Shown one piece after another: positions 31,663-41,321 of a stretch of 64,000 bases of DNA (the first letter of the stretch is position 1; the number at the start of each line of letters is the position of its first letter). The notes beneath the pieces were generated by a model. The model searched no databases and was not told where the DNA came from. It was given only the letters and a program-made list of their open reading frames with translations. Where the stretch lies: IMG/VR virus record IMGVR_UViG_3300032321_001739, one strand, 5' to 3'. This stretch comes from an uncultured virus (IMG/VR IMGVR_UViG_3300032321_001739) (Duplodnaviria > Heunggongvirae > Uroviricota > Caudoviricetes). A program made the position numbers and the translations under genes.

Positions 31663-32286
31663 ATGTCATATTTAAAACTCGTATTTAATTTTATTAAATA
31701 TTTGATTATTGAAAATCCAATTAAGTTATTAATGGCGGTCGCTTCTATTGTAGCTTTTAACTTTGCCGGAACTGTCTCAGGGGAAAATGAATACTATAAT
31801 TTAGTATCACAAGTAAAAGATGGAAACACTTATGTTTATGTTGTGAATTCACACTCAACAAGTGATAATGGTTATGAAGTATTTACTTCAGATAAACCAG
31901 AAGTGGTTAAGAATGGACAACTTCAAGTTTGGAACTATAATGATGCAAACATACTTCTTTATATTATTGGTGGTATTTTAACTTTAATTGTTTTAATTGT
32001 AACAATTGTTGGACTTGCAAATGACGATGATGATATCGGATGGAATATCGAAAGTTGTTATCAAAGATCAATTTCAACACTTATTTATTGTGAGTTAGAA
32101 GGTGATACTTATTATTATATGATTATGGGTAGATTGATTGATAAACGAAAAGACCAAATTAGATACACATCAAATGTAGCTAGAGAAATGAGAATTTTTG
32201 ATATGTCAGATGTTTATAGACTTCCAAAATTTTCAACAAAAACTCAAAAAAGAAACAACAATTTAGATAAATTAGGTATAAATTAA
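31663..32286 (+). CDS. Membrane protein with C-terminal tag
   Basis: Two TM segments; ends KRNNNLDKLGIN. Confidence 0.65.
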   Translation: MSYLKLVFNFIKYLIIENPIKLLMAVASIVAFNFAGTVSGENEYYNLVSQVKDGNTYVYVVNSHSTSDNGYEVFTSDKPEVVKNGQLQVWNYNDANILLYIIGGILTLIVLIVTIVGLANDDDDIGWNIESCYQRSISTLIYCELEGDTYYYMIMGRLIDKRKDQIRYTSNVAREMRIFDMSDVYRLPKFSTKTQKRNNNLDKLGIN

Positions 32287-32290
32287 TATT

Positions 32291-32533
32291 ATGGCATCAA
32301 AAAATTCATCTTCAGGCTTAAGTTTAGCTGGTGTTCTTTTCATCGTATTCTTAATTCTTAAATTAACAGGAAATATTGATTGGTCGTGGTGGTGGGTAAC
32401 CTCACCTTTATGGATACCAATTGCTTTAGCAGTATCAATTTTCTTTGTTGTTTTAATAGTAATAGTTTTATTACTAATCTTTGGATTCAGTCCAGATGAT
32501 TTAAAGAACAAATTTGAGAAATATAGAAAATAA
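32291..32533 (+). CDS. Small membrane protein (IDWSWWWVxxPLW type)
   Basis: LKLTGNIDWSWWWVTSPLWI between two TM helices. Confidence 0.7.
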   Translation: MASKNSSSGLSLAGVLFIVFLILKLTGNIDWSWWWVTSPLWIPIALAVSIFFVVLIVIVLLLIFGFSPDDLKNKFEKYRK

Positions 32534-32563
32534 AAAAACCCAGTCATAACGACTGGGTTTTTT
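32532..32563. terminator. Bidirectional intrinsic terminator
   Basis: AAAAAACCCAGTC-ataac-GACTGGGTTTTTT between convergent genes. Confidence 0.85.
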
Positions 32564-32564
32564 A

Positions 32565-33866
32565 TTATAACTTAACAAAGAATTTATCATCAAATCCGTT
32601 GTATCCAGGATTATCATACATTCTTATTTCGGCCTCATCTGTTAAAAATCCAAACATATCACTCAAATCTTTTTCTTCAAAGAAATCCTTTGCGTTAAAA
32701 ACGAATTGGAAATCATTACCAGTTAGACTATATGCGCCATATTCATCAGTCTTGATTCTAAATTTAGCCTTTACTTCAACATCTTCTTCTTTTTTTTCAG
32801 TAACTAAATTATCAGGGTTAATTTTAATCTCTCGTCTCGGATCAGCAATCGCTTGAAACAATTTTACCAATTTTAACAAATTATCAGCATCTTTATCATT
32901 GGTAACATAAGCTATTCTGGCATTATAATTTGAGTTACCCATTCCTAAATATTTTTCAAACCAATCTTTTTGAGACCGAAACATATTTTCAGTTCTTTGA
33001 TCCATAGTGACCTTTCTCAATATAAATGTCCATTCACTGTTCAAAAGTTCAGAAAGTTCAGGCCACACATCTTTCTGTAGATCCACTAACCTTTCAATAG
33101 CAGCCTTAGGTCTTTGTTCACTGATTTTTAAAACATCTCTATATGATTGAATCTCTTCAGGCGATACTTCGTTTTCGTCTACCTCATTTTCAAAAGATAC
33201 ACCAGCCTTCTTATAAAGATGTTGAATATATTCATCATTTGTATTTATATCAATAGTAGATTTTAAACATTTATCTTTTTCATCCCAATATATTTTAACT
33301 ATTTGAGATGGACCACAATCGCGAAAATGTGATTCTTGATATTCCCATCGATTACTTCCTAAGTAATGTGTCTTAAAGTGATCGTAAATTAGAACTTTTG
33401 GTATCCATGGCATTTCCGCTCTTAGAACACCTTTATTTTTCATATTATTATCAATCGCGTATTCACCTGTAACAAAATAAGGACCATCTGGATAGAATAC
33501 AAATTCACTACGTTGATCTATCATCACCACCGCTTCTTCTTTTTTCTGAAGTCCTAGTTCTCTCCAAAAATTATTTGCTTGCGGTGTCGTTGATAATTTA
33601 TAAAACGATTTTATGATTTTAGCTAATTTGTTTGCATTTTCTCTACTATCCACATATGCTCTGAAGGTTATTTTGTTACCATCGGCCTTCTCCGGGAAAA
33701 AGAAAAATTGAAATTCCTCATCATATCCAGGAACCACTTTATTTCTAATATCATGAGCCCTCTCTGGAAACTGACTTGCTAGTTTATCAGCAGCACTCAA
33801 AGAAGTGGTTTCTTCTAACTCTTCGTTTACTTCTTTCCAAGTAAAATATTTTTTTAAATATTTCAT
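32565..33866 (-). CDS. Putative internal head protein
   Basis: Starts MKYLKKYFTWKEVNEE; TAATATATA upstream. Confidence 0.55.
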   Translation of the reverse strand: MKYLKKYFTWKEVNEELEETTSLSAADKLASQFPERAHDIRNKVVPGYDEEFQFFFFPEKADGNKITFRAYVDSRENANKLAKIIKSFYKLSTTPQANNFWRELGLQKKEEAVVMIDQRSEFVFYPDGPYFVTGEYAIDNNMKNKGVLRAEMPWIPKVLIYDHFKTHYLGSNRWEYQESHFRDCGPSQIVKIYWDEKDKCLKSTIDINTNDEYIQHLYKKAGVSFENEVDENEVSPEEIQSYRDVLKISEQRPKAAIERLVDLQKDVWPELSELLNSEWTFILRKVTMDQRTENMFRSQKDWFEKYLGMGNSNYNARIAYVTNDKDADNLLKLVKLFQAIADPRREIKINPDNLVTEKKEEDVEVKAKFRIKTDEYGAYSLTGNDFQFVFNAKDFFEEKDLSDMFGFLTDEAEIRMYDNPGYNGFDDKFFVKL

Positions 33867-33898
33867 AATAAAAATTATATTTTCTTATATATTAAAAA

Positions 33899-34273
33899 CT
33901 ATCTTGGAAAATCCTTACCTCTTTCAACAACTTTAACTTCACAATCTTGAGGTTGAAATATTTCTTTAGTCAATCTAATAGCTCTTTCATAGTCAAAAGG
34001 CTTACAAGAAAAAATGTCTATAAAACAGTATCCTTTATCTTCAAAAGAATGAACAGAAATGTGAGATTCTGCGATAATAACGATTCCGGTAATTCCTTTA
34101 TCTTCTGGAACTAAACCTTCATAAGGAAAAACATATGGTTGTGTAATAGGAGTCATTTGGATTAACTCAGGTATATTTTTCAAATATTCAAAGTGTAATT
34201 GATAGTTTGATAAAATATCTTTAGGACACCCTTTTAAGTCAAGGGTGATGTGAGGTCCAAATGTGTCTTCCAT
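33899..34273 (-). CDS. speD: S-adenosylmethionine decarboxylase proenzyme
   Basis: G.H...D, GITG..IIAESHISVHSF (E-S self-cleavage site) and DIFSC motifs. Confidence 0.9.
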   Translation of the reverse strand: MEDTFGPHITLDLKGCPKDILSNYQLHFEYLKNIPELIQMTPITQPYVFPYEGLVPEDKGITGIVIIAESHISVHSFEDKGYCFIDIFSCKPFDYERAIRLTKEIFQPQDCEVKVVERGKDFPR

Positions 34274-34321
34274 TATTCATAAGTTTTATTTTTTAATTTG
34301 AAGTTTTATATATTAAAAAAT

Positions 34322-34616
34322 TTGGCCACATCGACGGAAATCCTTAAATTTGTTATAAGGTATTTAAGTTATACCGAAACCCAAAATAATAAATATCCTG
34401 TAATAAGCCAAGACGGCAATCTGAGGTAAATAACAGGCTAACTTTTGCCGAGGTTAGGGGATAATAAATCTGTTGGTCCCGCAGTAGATGTCAGTATCAG
34501 TCATACCGATACGGTCGAACTAAAAGGTGTATGACGTGAGGTGAATGAAATGTGAATTCTGAAACCATTTAGAACCGATTAGTGTTTGATTCACACAGAC
34601 ACAATCGGTTTTTTTT
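34322..34616 (+). ncRNA. Candidate structured non-coding RNA of unknown class
   Basis: Interval with no tracked ORF and elevated GC, with at least 6 hairpins whose G.U pairs work only on the + strand. It ends in a + strand terminator although both flanking genes are on the minus strand. Confidence 0.6.
34573..34616 (+). terminator. Intrinsic terminator on the + strand
   Basis: AACCGATT-A-GTGTTTG...CAGACAC-AATCGGTT followed by TTTTTT. Confidence 0.75.
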
Positions 34617-35364
34617 ATTCTTTTAAATTATTCTCTAATGAGAATTGAACATTAACACTTATATTTCTTTCACTATTATAAGGCATTGCTGAGCCAGCAA
34701 CTTGCCACTGAATTTTAAAGCTACCACCTTCGTAATCTAAATTTCCAATTAACTTTTGAGCAATCTCTTCAACTAAATAAAGGAGTTCTTCTTCACTTTG
34801 ACTTAATGATTTACCAGATGCTCTTAAAGTCATTACATCTTTAGATATAACACCACTTTCATTAAATTTACAAATAATAATCATGTTCCCAGTCCAAACC
34901 TGATTGATAGTTTTATTTAATGAAATTCTCAATTCTTCTTGATTAAAGTATCCAGTTTCTTCTTCATCTAAGTCAACAGAGTTTCTTTGTTTATTATAAT
35001 CCATAAAATTTAATTCAAAGTCTTGGTCATACAATTCAACTAGACAATTGTTAATCATATTTAGTGTCTCAGGATCATAAGCTGGGTCACGAGGTCTTAT
35101 TCCTATTGTCACATCAGACTCTTTAACATGAGTTACTCCTTTAGCTGGTGCTAAATCTCTTAAATCAGTTACCTCAGATGGTTTTCCTTTTTTTCTCTTA
35201 CTTTTAGTTCTTAAATAAAAAGATAAATCTCCCGAACCATCCATAGCACCGACACCTGGTAAACTACCAACAGTTGCACTTACCACAGGACCAGGCCCGG
35301 CAGTTGAAGAAGCGGTAGCCACTGCATTTTCTTGAAACTTTTTATATGATTTGATATACCTCAT
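34615..35364 (-). CDS. Putative internal head protein
   Basis: Starts MRYIKSYKKFQE; TAATATATA directly upstream. Confidence 0.55.
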   Translation of the reverse strand: MRYIKSYKKFQENAVATASSTAGPGPVVSATVGSLPGVGAMDGSGDLSFYLRTKSKRKKGKPSEVTDLRDLAPAKGVTHVKESDVTIGIRPRDPAYDPETLNMINNCLVELYDQDFELNFMDYNKQRNSVDLDEEETGYFNQEELRISLNKTINQVWTGNMIIICKFNESGVISKDVMTLRASGKSLSQSEEELLYLVEEIAQKLIGNLDYEGGSFKIQWQVAGSAMPYNSERNISVNVQFSLENNLKE

Positions 35365-35382
35365 TTAGATATATATTAAATT

Positions 35383-35607
35383 ATGAAAAATAGAATTGAC
35401 CTACATGGAATTAAACATGAAAATGTCCAAAAAGAGTTAGACCAATTTTACTGGCAAATGATGCAAAAAGGACACTCTGAAGTTGAAGTTGTAACTGGTA
35501 TATCTAATAGAATGAAAGAGATAGTTAAACAAGTCTCAGAAGATTATAACTTTACTGTATTAGAAACCACAATAAATCCAGGATCACTTATTGTTAGAAT
35601 TAAATAA
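35383..35607 (+). CDS. Stand-alone Smr (small MutS-related) domain
   Basis: RIDLHG, VVTG and NPG motifs. Confidence 0.75.
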   Translation: MKNRIDLHGIKHENVQKELDQFYWQMMQKGHSEVEVVTGISNRMKEIVKQVSEDYNFTVLETTINPGSLIVRIK

Positions 35608-35889
35608 TTAAAGATATTTAATCTCTGAATAAAAAGGTCTATTAACTCTATGAGACATATAACCATCTATTCCTCTTGAATCCAAACCTAATTCTTTAAT
35701 CAACTCCTGTGAATATTGAACAGGATCTTTACCCATCTCAATTTCCGAATCAATGTCTAATCTATTAATAAGTTCTCTTATCTCGACCGCGCTCATATTT
35801 AATTTACCAAGTTGCTTTCTTAATTCATCAACAAACTCTTCTGGTGTGTAATTAGATTCAAATAATTTAAAAGACTTTAAGTGCTTCAT
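35608..35889 (-). CDS. Putative internal head protein
   Basis: Starts MKHLKSFKLFES. Confidence 0.6.
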   Translation of the reverse strand: MKHLKSFKLFESNYTPEEFVDELRKQLGKLNMSAVEIRELINRLDIDSEIEMGKDPVQYSQELIKELGLDSRGIDGYMSHRVNRPFYSEIKYL

Positions 35890-35935
35890 AGTTTATATAT
35901 TAAATATATAATTTACAAGATTAATATATACAATT

Positions 35936-37387
35936 ATGATTAAAAGATATTTAGAATTTGTTAACGAATCAATAGAACTCGTTTTAGAATCAGATGTAGT
36001 CTATTCTAAAATGTTTAGAACAGCACTAACTAAGATTGATAATCCAATCTCAAAAATTCTTTTAGATGTTGAAAATAAGGATCTACCAGTAGCTTCTAAT
36101 TATTTTGACTTAGCTAGAGGTAAAAATGATACACTATCAGTTATTCCGGATAGAAAAGCTAAAGAGATATTAGAGGGCACAAAAGAGATGGTAAGATTCA
36201 CCGGTTCAGGTGGCGGTTGGTTAAAACATTCAGATGCTAACAAATCTATTTTTCAACAATTAGGTTATGAACCAGAAGGTGATGCTTATCAACCTAACTC
36301 AATTGCAATAGGTGAAGTTATTTCAAAAATGACATCACAAACATCAGGTAAAGTTTGGTGTTATGTCAAATTTCCAGAAGGTAAAGGAGTTTATAATCAA
36401 GAGAAACTTAGAGTTGTTGATGAGAGATTAAAAGAAGTTTGGTCTAAAAATAGACAAGAAGTAAGAATAGGAAGAGCTATAAGAGCTTTATTAACAGTAG
36501 CTGGTGAAAATGTATTGGATAAAGACCTTGAAGTTTTTGTAAACCAATGGAAAGCCACAATTGATAAAATAAATGATCGTTTTCAATATTTTGACGTAGT
36601 TGATGGACAAGATATTGGCCACTGGTATCATTATTCAAATTATAAGGAAAGAAATGGTAGTTTAGGATCTTCATGTATGTCAAATGTGAATAACAACTAT
36701 TTTGATATTTATATGACTAACACAGATGTTTGTCAATTAGTAATTTTAAGATCGGTAGAAGATGATTCAAAAATTGTTGGAAGAGCCTTACTGTGGACTC
36801 TTATTGATGGTAAAAAATTTATCGATAGAATCTATACAATTCAAGACTCAGATGTTCAACTTTTCAAAGACTATGCAAAAGAAAATGGTTGGTATACCAA
36901 GCAATATAACTCATCATCAGATTCTGGAAGAGCAATTAGCCCAGATGGTGAATTTGTAGACTTAGGAGAAATAAAAGTTAAAGTCAAAAGTGGATACTAT
37001 GAAGCTTATCCTTATTTAGACACCCTTAAAAATTGGAATCCAAACAGAGGAACTTTATCAAATAAGTCTGATGATGAGAGTTATAATTTAGAATCGACTA
37101 ATGGTGAATATTATAACAGATGTGAATATTGTGATGGCAGTGGAAACCAAAGTTGTTCAAACTGCGACGGTGATGGTTCATGGCAATGTGGAAATTGTGA
37201 TGGTAATGGTGACGTTTATTGCAATGATTGCAAAGGAACTGGAAAAACAGAAGGTGAAGATGGTCCAGAAGAATGTGATGAATGTGGTGGATCTGGTAGA
37301 GAAAATTGCAACAGATGTGAAGACGGTAGAGTAGAGTGTGATGATTGTGGCGGAAGAGGATCTCACTCTTGTTATGAATGTCAGTAA
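35936..37387 (+). CDS. Protein with SCM...GRALLW...DRIY domain and C-terminal DnaJ-type CxxCxGxG zinc-finger repeats
   Basis: About 7 CxxCxGxG-like repeats plus a terminal CxxC; starts MIKRYLEFVNES. Confidence 0.65.
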   Translation: MIKRYLEFVNESIELVLESDVVYSKMFRTALTKIDNPISKILLDVENKDLPVASNYFDLARGKNDTLSVIPDRKAKEILEGTKEMVRFTGSGGGWLKHSDANKSIFQQLGYEPEGDAYQPNSIAIGEVISKMTSQTSGKVWCYVKFPEGKGVYNQEKLRVVDERLKEVWSKNRQEVRIGRAIRALLTVAGENVLDKDLEVFVNQWKATIDKINDRFQYFDVVDGQDIGHWYHYSNYKERNGSLGSSCMSNVNNNYFDIYMTNTDVCQLVILRSVEDDSKIVGRALLWTLIDGKKFIDRIYTIQDSDVQLFKDYAKENGWYTKQYNSSSDSGRAISPDGEFVDLGEIKVKVKSGYYEAYPYLDTLKNWNPNRGTLSNKSDDESYNLESTNGEYYNRCEYCDGSGNQSCSNCDGDGSWQCGNCDGNGDVYCNDCKGTGKTEGEDGPEECDECGGSGRENCNRCEDGRVECDDCGGRGSHSCYECQ

Positions 37388-37424
37388 TGAGTAGTTAATA
37401 CGTGAAGATTATTAAAATAAGATT

Positions 37425-38129
37425 ATGAGTATAATTACCAAGTTTCATTTGTTTGAGAAAAAAGAATCTCAAAAAGAGTTTGAACCTTCTAAAGAAGTTC
37501 AAAAAGAAGTTGATCATTTTATGAAAAAATGGGAAATTGAATTAGATCCACATTTCACAATAAAAGAAATTAATGTCATATCAGAAGGAATAGAATATTA
37601 CAACACAAAATTTATTAAAAGCAGAATTGATAAAATAATCAGAAAAGATTTAGGTGGAGTTCACGGTCGATGGAAAGACACAGAAACAAAAAAGTGGATG
37701 ACACTTAATCCAAGAATTTTTAATTTCAAAAGAAGATGGAAAGATGAAGACACAAATGTACCTTACGCGCTTTTTACTGTAGTTCATGAAATTGCACACT
37801 GTGTTGACCACATTGAAAAGGTATCTTTTTCTAAAAAATGGCAAGCGATTTCTGGTTGGAAAAAATGTGATATTAATGACAAAATTCCAGATGGTTATAA
37901 GAGATATATTGAAAAAAGACCAGGAAGAAAAATAGCTGGTCACAAAAAATCAGGATGGGTTTACAAAGAAGATTCTAATTTCTGTAGAAAGTATACTTCA
38001 AGAAATCCAAGAGAAGATTTCGCTGATTGTTTAGCCTTTGTTATTTTAGGTTTTCCAGAAAAACTTAAAGGTGAAGGAGGTAAGAAAAAGCTTGAAATCA
38101 TTAAGGATTTGCTCAAAAAGATAGATTAA
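37425..38129 (+). CDS. Zincin metallopeptidase-like protein (HExxH ... EDFA)
   Basis: VVHEIAH and Y...NPREDFAD; starts MSIITKFHLFE. Confidence 0.65.
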   Translation: MSIITKFHLFEKKESQKEFEPSKEVQKEVDHFMKKWEIELDPHFTIKEINVISEGIEYYNTKFIKSRIDKIIRKDLGGVHGRWKDTETKKWMTLNPRIFNFKRRWKDEDTNVPYALFTVVHEIAHCVDHIEKVSFSKKWQAISGWKKCDINDKIPDGYKRYIEKRPGRKIAGHKKSGWVYKEDSNFCRKYTSRNPREDFADCLAFVILGFPEKLKGEGGKKKLEIIKDLLKKID

Positions 38130-38184
38130 ATTGAAATTTTAAAGCTTTTTTACTTTATATATAACTCAAAAATAAATTTAATAT

Positions 38185-39015
38185 ATGTTACTAAAAGTAG
38201 GAAGTAAAGGAGATGATGTTAAAAAACTCCAAGAAAAATTAGGATTAGGAGCTGATGGTTCATTTGGACCAGGCACTGAAAAAGCTGTTAAAGCATGGCA
38301 AACAGCTAATGGACTAAAAGCAGATGGTCTTGTCGGAGACGGAACTTGGTCAAAGTTATTTGGTGAATCAGCACCGGTAGCAGCTCCAAAACCAGCTGTG
38401 GTTATTCCACCATCTGAATTCAAATTAGAGGCTCTTAAAGGACACGTTCCTGATGCGGTTATTGCTCAAATTCCAGATACAGCTGCTAAATTCAATATTA
38501 CTAATCCACTAAGATTAGCACACTTTTTGGCTCAGTGTGGTCACGAGTCAGGTGGTTTCAAAGCAGTTTCAGAAAACCTTAACTATTCAGCTAAAGGTTT
38601 ACTTGGAACTTTTGGAAAATACTTTAACGCTACTACAGCAGCCCAATATGAAAGAAAACCAGAAATGATTGCTTCAAGAGTTTACGGTTCAAGAATGGGT
38701 AACGGAGATGAGGCTTCTAAAGAAGGTTTCAAATTTAGAGGAAGAGGATATATTCAATTAACTGGAAAATCAAACTACACTAACTTTACCAAATTTATTG
38801 GAGAAGATTGTATCGCTAATCCAGATTTAGTTGCTACTAAATATCCTTTAGCATCTGCTGCTTTTTTCTTTGACTCAAATAAATTATGGTCTATTTGTGA
38901 TAAGGGAGCTACCGATGCTGATGTTACTGCAGTTACAAAAAGAGTTAATGGTGGAACTATTGGACTACCTGATAGAATTAAACACTTCAAAGAATATTAT
39001 GCATTATTGAAATAA
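38185..39015 (+). CDS. Endolysin: peptidoglycan-binding domain + GH19
   Basis: LKVGSKGDDVKKLQ...DG.FG..T..AVK.WQ...L.ADG; HFLAQCGHESGGF, RGRGYIQLTG and TKRVNGG. Confidence 0.92.
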   Translation: MLLKVGSKGDDVKKLQEKLGLGADGSFGPGTEKAVKAWQTANGLKADGLVGDGTWSKLFGESAPVAAPKPAVVIPPSEFKLEALKGHVPDAVIAQIPDTAAKFNITNPLRLAHFLAQCGHESGGFKAVSENLNYSAKGLLGTFGKYFNATTAAQYERKPEMIASRVYGSRMGNGDEASKEGFKFRGRGYIQLTGKSNYTNFTKFIGEDCIANPDLVATKYPLASAAFFFDSNKLWSICDKGATDADVTAVTKRVNGGTIGLPDRIKHFKEYYALLK

Positions 39016-39017
39016 TT

Positions 39018-39048
39018 AAAAACCCACTCAAACGAGTGGGTTTTTTTT
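39018..39048. terminator. Bidirectional intrinsic terminator
   Basis: AAAAACCCACTC-aaac-GAGTGGGTTTTT. Confidence 0.85.
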
Positions 39049-39049
39049 A

Positions 39050-39724
39050 TTATAATATCTCTTCTAGTTTTACTTCTCTTACAATCATTTTATAAATAGA
39101 TGGACTAGTCTCGTTTAATAATCTGAGTATTTCTGATTTTTTAAAAAAACCTTTATACATCGTTTTTTTATTTTCGATAAAGTCACCGTGCTCTGCAATT
39201 AAATTGACAAATAGATTAGGTTGAATTCTTAATATACACTTATAAAGAATACCACCAGTTTCGTCATCATATACACTCAAAGTAAAAGCTTGTTCCATTT
39301 CAGGACCAACATTGGATAAACCTGGATTAAATCCTAATTTTTCAAACCACTCTGTAACTATTTTATGTTTAGACCAACGACAAGTCATTTTAGTTTCAGT
39401 ATCATAATAAGGAAATCTACTTGGCATCAAATTAAATTCCTTTTCATCAGAAATATAATAATCATCTGATAATATCTCATCTAAATTAATATCTCTCGTT
39501 TCTTCTTTTGAAAATGAAACTCTTCGTCTAGCTGTGTTTGTTAGATGTTTATCAAAAATAAATCTCGTCCGACCATCTTTACACAATCTTTCACATTCTT
39601 CTATTAAAGATTTTGGAACTTCTGATGACACACTATCTACAATAATCTCTTCGATATAACCATCAGGTTTTTCATCTTCATTTACTATACTAACTGTTCC
39701 ATCAGGATTCTGAACTACTCTCAT
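39050..39724 (-). CDS. Hypothetical protein with internal and C-terminal tag copies
   Basis: Internal TRDINLDEIL; terminal VREVKLEEIL. Confidence 0.65.
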   Translation of the reverse strand: MRVVQNPDGTVSIVNEDEKPDGYIEEIIVDSVSSEVPKSLIEECERLCKDGRTRFIFDKHLTNTARRRVSFSKEETRDINLDEILSDDYYISDEKEFNLMPSRFPYYDTETKMTCRWSKHKIVTEWFEKLGFNPGLSNVGPEMEQAFTLSVYDDETGGILYKCILRIQPNLFVNLIAEHGDFIENKKTMYKGFFKKSEILRLLNETSPSIYKMIVREVKLEEIL

Positions 39725-39758
39725 AATTATTTATACAAAAAGTTTAATATATAGTTTT

Positions 39759-40334
39759 ATGAAACATTTATCAACATTTAAACTATTTGAGAGATTGGAT
39801 AACTCTACATTAGTTACTATCGAACAATTACTTGAAAGAATTGGAATTCCAAATCCAATGAGACCAACTATAGTTAGTTGGTGGAATCAAAACAGAAGTG
39901 AAATTAGAATTCATCTTTTCCCTTTTAATTCACCACAGCCAATAGCTGGTGTCTTTTTAGGAGAAAATATAATCGCTCTTAACGAAAGACTTCCAATGCC
40001 TCCACATGTTAAATTATTTTTAGCACTACACGAGTCAAGACACTGTGACCAACATAGAGAAGGTGGATTTATGGAAGGATACTATGATACAGTTGTTAAT
40101 GGAGATAGAGAATCATTTTTACAAGCTTATAGAGATTTTGAAAGAGATGCAAATGACTTTGCAATTCAATCAATGAGAGCTTGTGGATTTGAAAGAGAAA
40201 TGAATTTTGAAGAAATGAGATTGAGAGGAAATGAAAGAGCTGGTGATATGGTTTATCAAATGATGTCTAATGATATTCAGAGAGTAAATCCAGTTGATTT
40301 CTTTGACTTACTTAAAAAACAAATTGGAGTGTGA
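39759..40334 (+). CDS. HExxH metallopeptidase-like protein with N-terminal tag
   Basis: ALHESRH..Q ... FERDAN; starts MKHLSTFKLFE. Confidence 0.6.
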   Translation: MKHLSTFKLFERLDNSTLVTIEQLLERIGIPNPMRPTIVSWWNQNRSEIRIHLFPFNSPQPIAGVFLGENIIALNERLPMPPHVKLFLALHESRHCDQHREGGFMEGYYDTVVNGDRESFLQAYRDFERDANDFAIQSMRACGFEREMNFEEMRLRGNERAGDMVYQMMSNDIQRVNPVDFFDLLKKQIGV

Positions 40335-40975
40335 AACATCTAAAGACATATAAGATATTTGAGGGTTCTGATGATTTTCGTAAAGAAATGGATAATCTTC
40401 AGCAAACTAGATTAGAAATGGTTGAAAGGATAAAAAAGGATTGTGCTCCATTTTTAGAGCTATCAAAGACTTGTGAACATCCGTTGGTTTTTTTAAGAGG
40501 AACATCTTCAGATTGGTTAGATAGAAATGGTGAAAGTCTACACAGATGGGGATGCTGGAAAGTGAATCACAACTGGAATAGAAGACCGGTAGATTCTCCT
40601 AATTGGTTTCATAATGAGTTAAATAAAGAATTAGAAAGTAAATTTCATTGGCCAGTTAGAAACGGTGTATTTGCTCTTAGAAATTACTTAGTTGCTTTGA
40701 ATTACTCAAAAAGATGGAATAGAGATTCAGAAGCTTTTATTATGATTCCAATTGGTGATTTTGAGTTTTGTTACTCTGATAGATATAAAGATGTTTGGGG
40801 TGACTTGAAACAAGAAATATTAGATAATGAAGTAGATGTTAAAGAAATTGCTGATACATACACCAATGAAAACATTGAAGGAGCTGGTATTGGTAATAGA
40901 TGTCATGAAGTATCATTTAAGTGTGATTCTTATTATATGTTATCTACTACTTGGCAAAATATGATATTTGATTAA
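40331..40975 (+). CDS. N-tagged protein, possible ADP-ribosyltransferase-like fold; paralog of 41318..41947
   Basis: FLRG...RRP.DS...R.GVF...HEVSF.CD.YY. Confidence 0.5.
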   Translation: MKHLKTYKIFEGSDDFRKEMDNLQQTRLEMVERIKKDCAPFLELSKTCEHPLVFLRGTSSDWLDRNGESLHRWGCWKVNHNWNRRPVDSPNWFHNELNKELESKFHWPVRNGVFALRNYLVALNYSKRWNRDSEAFIMIPIGDFEFCYSDRYKDVWGDLKQEILDNEVDVKEIADTYTNENIEGAGIGNRCHEVSFKCDSYYMLSTTWQNMIFD

Positions 40976-40976
40976 A

Positions 40977-41321
40977 ATGAAACATCTAAAGACATACAAA
41001 GTATTTGAGAGTTTAAACTCACCAGAAGATATATTGAAAAATATATCTTTAGATTTGAGTGATGGAGGTTTGTATATTGATTTTCCAAATGATAATAAAT
41101 TTGCTGGTAAATTTTATTTATCAGTTGAAGATAAAGATAAAATTTTTTGTAAAAACTATCCAAAAGATGATATGGATTGGTTATATGGAAAACCTATTAT
41201 AAATGATTTTATTGATAAATTAAAAGATTTTGATTTAATAAGAGACGTTCACTATAAAATATATGGTGGTGGTTTAGGAGTTAATTTTGTTTTTGATGAT
41301 AAAAATGTTGTAGAATTGTGA
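40977..41321 (+). CDS. Putative internal head protein
   Basis: MKHLKTYKVFES from ATG 40977. Confidence 0.6.
   Translation: MKHLKTYKVFESLNSPEDILKNISLDLSDGGLYIDFPNDNKFAGKFYLSVEDKDKIFCKNYPKDDMDWLYGKPIINDFIDKLKDFDLIRDVHYKIYGGGLGVNFVFDDKNVVEL

Noticed and set aside
34322..34616. SAM riboswitch controlling speD, or tRNA/tmRNA/RNase P
   Set aside because: The structure favours the strand opposite to speD, speD has its own promoter motif downstream of it, and I could not find the consensus cores of these RNAs.
36762..37366. Overlapping short ORFs inside the zinc-finger gene
   Set aside because: They are alternative-frame artefacts of the repetitive TGTGATGG-type codons.
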